From: Eledone cirrhosa
Taxonomy: Eukaryota
NCBI GenBank assembly: GCA_964016885.1
Contig: OZ024741.1
Span: 72,602,001 to 72,666,000, forward strand
Direction of reading: 5' to 3'
Length of the DNA: 64,000 nucleotides
Positions 61,001 to 64,000 of the stretch are shown here, piece by piece. Under the pieces are notes generated by a model. The model was not told the DNA's origin and ran no database searches. It worked only from the letters and a program-made list of their open reading frames with translations. Every line of letters starts with the position of its first letter. Positions within the stretch are counted from its first letter, which is position 1. The translations under genes were made by a program, and so were the position numbers.

Positions 61001-64000
61001 TTGTTACTTTAGTTGTTGTTGTTAATTTAGTTGTTGTTACTTTAGTTGTTGTTGTTACTTTAGTTGTTGTTGATACTTTAGTTGCTGTTGTTATTTTACT
61101 TGTTGTTGTTAGTTTAGATGTTGTTGATATTTTAGTTGTTGTTGCTTTATTGGTTGTTGATAGTTTAGTTGTTGTTGTTACTTTAGTTGTTGTTACTTTA
61201 GTTGTTGTAGTTACTTTAGATGTTGTTACTTTAGTTGTTGTTGTTACTTTAGTTGTTGTTACGTAACTTGTTGTTGTTACTTTAGTTGTTGTTGTTGTTA
61301 CTTTAGTTGTTGTTGTTACTTTACATGTTGTTACTTTAGTAGTTGTTGATAGTTTAGTTGTTGTTGATAGTTTAGTTGTTGTTACTTTAGTTGTTGTTAC
61401 TTTCGTTGTTGTTGTTACTTTAGTTGTTGTTGTTACTTTAGTTGTTGTTGTTACTTTAGTTGTTGTTGATAATTTACTTGTTGTTGTTAGTTTAGTTGTT
61501 GTTGTTACTTTAGTTGTTGTTGTTACTTTAGTTGGTGTTGTTACTTTAGTTATTGTTGATAGTTTAGTTGTTTTTGTTACTTTAGTTGTTGTTACTTTAG
61601 TTGTTGTTGATTGTTTAGTGGTTGTTGTTACTTTAGTTGTTGTTGTTACATTAGTTGTTGTTGATAGTTTAGTTGTTGTTACTTTAGTAGTTGTTGATAG
61701 TCTAGTTGTTGCTGATAGTTTAATTGTTGTTGTTACTTTAGTTGTTGTTGTTACTTTAGTTGTTGTTGATAGTTTAGTTGTTGTTGTTACTTTAGTTGTT
61801 GTTGATAGCTTAGTTGTTGTTGTTACTTTTTTGTTGTTGTTACTTTAGTTGTTGTTACTTTAGTTGTTGTTACTTTAGTTGTTGTTGTTACTTATGTTGT
61901 TGTTGATAGTTTAGCTGTTTTTGTCATTTAGTTGTTGTTGTTACTTTAGTTGTTGATGTTACATTAGTTGTTGTTGTTACTTTAGTTGTTGCTGATAGTT
62001 AAGTTGTTGTTGTTATTTAGTTGTTGTTACTTTAGTTGTTGTTGATAGTTTAGTTGTTGTTGTTACTTTAGTTGTTGTTGTTACATTAGTTGTTGTTGAT
62101 AGTTTAGTTGTTGTTGTTACTTTAGTTGTTCTTGATAGTTTAGTTGATGTTGTTATTTAGTTGTTGTTGTTATTTAGTTTTTGTTGTTACTTTAGATATT
62201 GTTGATAGTTTAGTTGTTGTTGACATTTAATCGTTGTTGTTACTTTAGTTGTTGTTGATAGTTTAGTTGTAGTTGTTATTTAGTTGTTATTGTTACTTTA
62301 GTTGTTGTTGATAATTTAGTTGTTGTTGTTACTTTAATTGTTGTTGATAGTTTAGTTGTTGTTGTTACTTTAGTTGTTGTTACTTTAATTGTTGTTGATA
62401 GTTTAGTTGTTGTCACTTTAGTTGTTGTTGTTACTTTAGTTGTTGTTGATAGTTTAGTTGTTGTTGTTACTTTAGTTGTTGTTGTTACTTTAATTGTTGT
62501 TGATACTTTAGTTGTTGTTGTTACTTTAGTTGTTGTTGTCACTTTAGTTGGTGGTGTTACTTTAGTTGTTGTTGTTACTTTAGTTATTGTTGATAGTTTA
62601 GTTGTTGTTGTCATTTAGTTGTTGTTAATTTAGTTGTTGTTGTTACTTTAGTTGTTGTTGATAGTTTAGTTGTTGTTGTTATTTAGTTGTTGTTGTTACT
62701 TTAGTTGTTGCTGATAGTTTAGTTGTTGTTGATAGTTTAGTTGTTGTTGATAGTTTAGTTGATGTTGTCGTTTAGTTGTTGTTGTTACTTTAGTTGTTGT
62801 TGTTACTTTAGTTGTTGTTTATAGTTTAGTTGATGTTGTTATTTAGTTGCTGTTGTTACTTTAGTTGTTGTTGATAGTTTAGTTGTTTTTGTTACTTTAG
62901 TTGTTGTCGTTAGTTTAGTTTTTGTTGATCGATTAGTTGTTGTTGATAGTTTAGTTTGTTCTTGTTACTTTAGTTGTTGTTACTTTAATTGGTGTTGATA
63001 GTTTAGTTGTTGTTGTTACTTTAGTTGTTGTTGTTACTTTAGTTGTTGTTGATAGTTTAGTTGTTGTTGTTACTTTATTTGTTGTTGTTACTTTAACTGT
63101 TGTTGATAGTTTAGTTGTTGTTACTTTAGTTGTTGTTGTTGATAGTTTAGTCGTTGTTGTTACTTTGGTTGTTGTTGTTACTTTAATTGTTGTTGATACT
63201 TTAGTTGTTGTTACTTTAGTTGTTGTTGTTACTTTAGTTGGTGTTGTTACTTTATTTGTTGTTGATAGTTTAGTTGTTGTTGTTACGTTAGTTGTTGTTG
63301 ATAGTTTAGTTGTTTTTGATAGTTTAGTTGTTGTTGTTACTTAAGTTGTTGTTGTTACTTTAGTTGTTGTTGTTGATAGTTTAGTTGTTGATGTTTCTTT
63401 TTTCGTTGTTGTTACTTTAGTTGTTGTTGTTACTTTAGTTGTTGTTGATAGTTTAATTGTTGTTACTTTAGTGGTTGTTGTTACTGTAGTTGTTGTTGTT
63501 ACTGTAGTTGTTGTTGTTACTTTAGTTGTCGTGGTTACTTTAGTTGTTGTTGATATTTTAGTTGTTGTTGATAGTTTAGTTGTTGTTACTTTAGTTGTTG
63601 TTGTTACTTTAGTTGTTGTTGTTACTTTAGTTGTTGTTGATGAGTTGGTTGTTGTTGTTAGTTCTGTTGTTGTTGTTACATTAATTGTTGTTGATAGTTT
63701 AGTTGTTGTTGTTATTTAGTTGTTGTCGTTAGTTTAGTTGTTGTTGTTACTTTAGTTGTTATTGTTAGTTCAGTTGTTTTTGATGGATTAGTTGTTGTTG
63801 ATAGTTTAGTTGTTGTTGTTACTTTAGTTGTTGTTACTTTAGTTGTTGTTGATAGTTTAGTCGTTTTTGTTTCCTTAGTTGTTGTTGTTACTTTAATTGT
63901 TGTTGATACTTTACTTGTTGTTACTTTAGTTGTTGTTGTTACTTTAGTTGGTGTTGTTACTTTAGTTGTTGTTGATAGTTTAGTTGTTGTTGTTACTTTA

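Larger units (their letters stand above)
1..64000. repeat. Complex (GTT)n-based satellite array with 15/18-bp monomers GTTGTTGTT(GTT)ACTTTA and GTTGTTGTTGATAGTTTA; extends beyond both window ends
   Basis: Every line parses into (GTT)n followed by ACTTTA or GATAGTTTA, or 1-2 nt variants of these. No unique sequence, no orientation switch. Consensus monomers are about 55-61% T, 22-28% G, 11-17% A and 0-6% C on the + strand. Confidence 0.98.

Noticed and set aside
2158-63719. Plus-strand Val-rich ORFs (VVVVTL/VVVDSL) that look like membrane proteins
   Set aside because: They are direct translations of the satellite, start at incidental TTG/GTG codons, contain no unique sequence and recur exactly with the DNA duplications.
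1-64000. One intact giant mucin-like exon on the minus strand
   Set aside because: Numerous stops (ACTTAAG, ACTTATG, GATAGTTAAG and ATTTA monomers) and frameshifts are faithfully copied between duplicated blocks, so they are not random sequencing errors.
1-64000. CRISPR array
   Set aside because: No unique spacers, no constant 23-47 bp repeat separated by non-repetitive DNA, no leader and no cas genes.
1-64000. Telomerase- or reverse-transcriptase-synthesised repeat tract; G-quadruplex DNA
   Set aside because: Kilobase blocks share point variants, which indicates DNA-level duplication rather than repeated copying of a short RNA template. There are no GGG runs, and no RT or template gene is in the window.
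1-64000. Pure sequencing artefact or synthetic low-complexity sequence
   Set aside because: Nested duplications of graded divergence with consistent rare markers look like real evolutionary history. Only the copy number of the near-identical units remains uncertain.
1-64000. Promoters, terminators, splice sites, tRNA/rRNA, transposon ends
   Set aside because: Only short chance matches repeated in every monomer; the strand composition precludes stable stem-loops, and no terminal repeats or unique context were seen.

Overview
The whole 64-kb window is one uninterrupted, single-orientation, GTT/AAC-derived complex satellite array that runs off both ends. It is built from two near-identical monomers: A = (GTT)2-5 ACTTTA (mostly 15 or 18 bp) and B = (GTT)3 GATAGTTTA (18 bp), plus rarer 17-bp frameshifting variants. 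I see no unique sequence, recognisable gene, RNA gene, transposon or CRISPR array. The ORF-track entries (Val-rich on +, Thr/Lys-rich KVTTTT/KLSTTT on -) follow from the monomers being multiples of 3. Most are by-products, although a degraded Thr-rich mucin-like origin cannot be excluded, mainly for about 3.6-8.4 kb. Rare point variants reveal hidden structure: nested higher-order repeats (offsets about 0.3, 0.9, 1.17, 1.4-1.5, 2.9, 3.3, 4.08 and 4.14 kb), four variant-defined domains, homology between the two window ends (offset 59,680), a stop-dense landmark cassette recurring about 23 times, a probable template-switch palindrome, and ATGA stop/start overlaps. All coordinates, counts and offsets were read by eye and are approximate. 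The host organism cannot be determined; a eukaryote is inferred from the length of gene-free repeat. I cannot establish a new biological system from this sequence alone; the more exotic ideas are flagged as inference.
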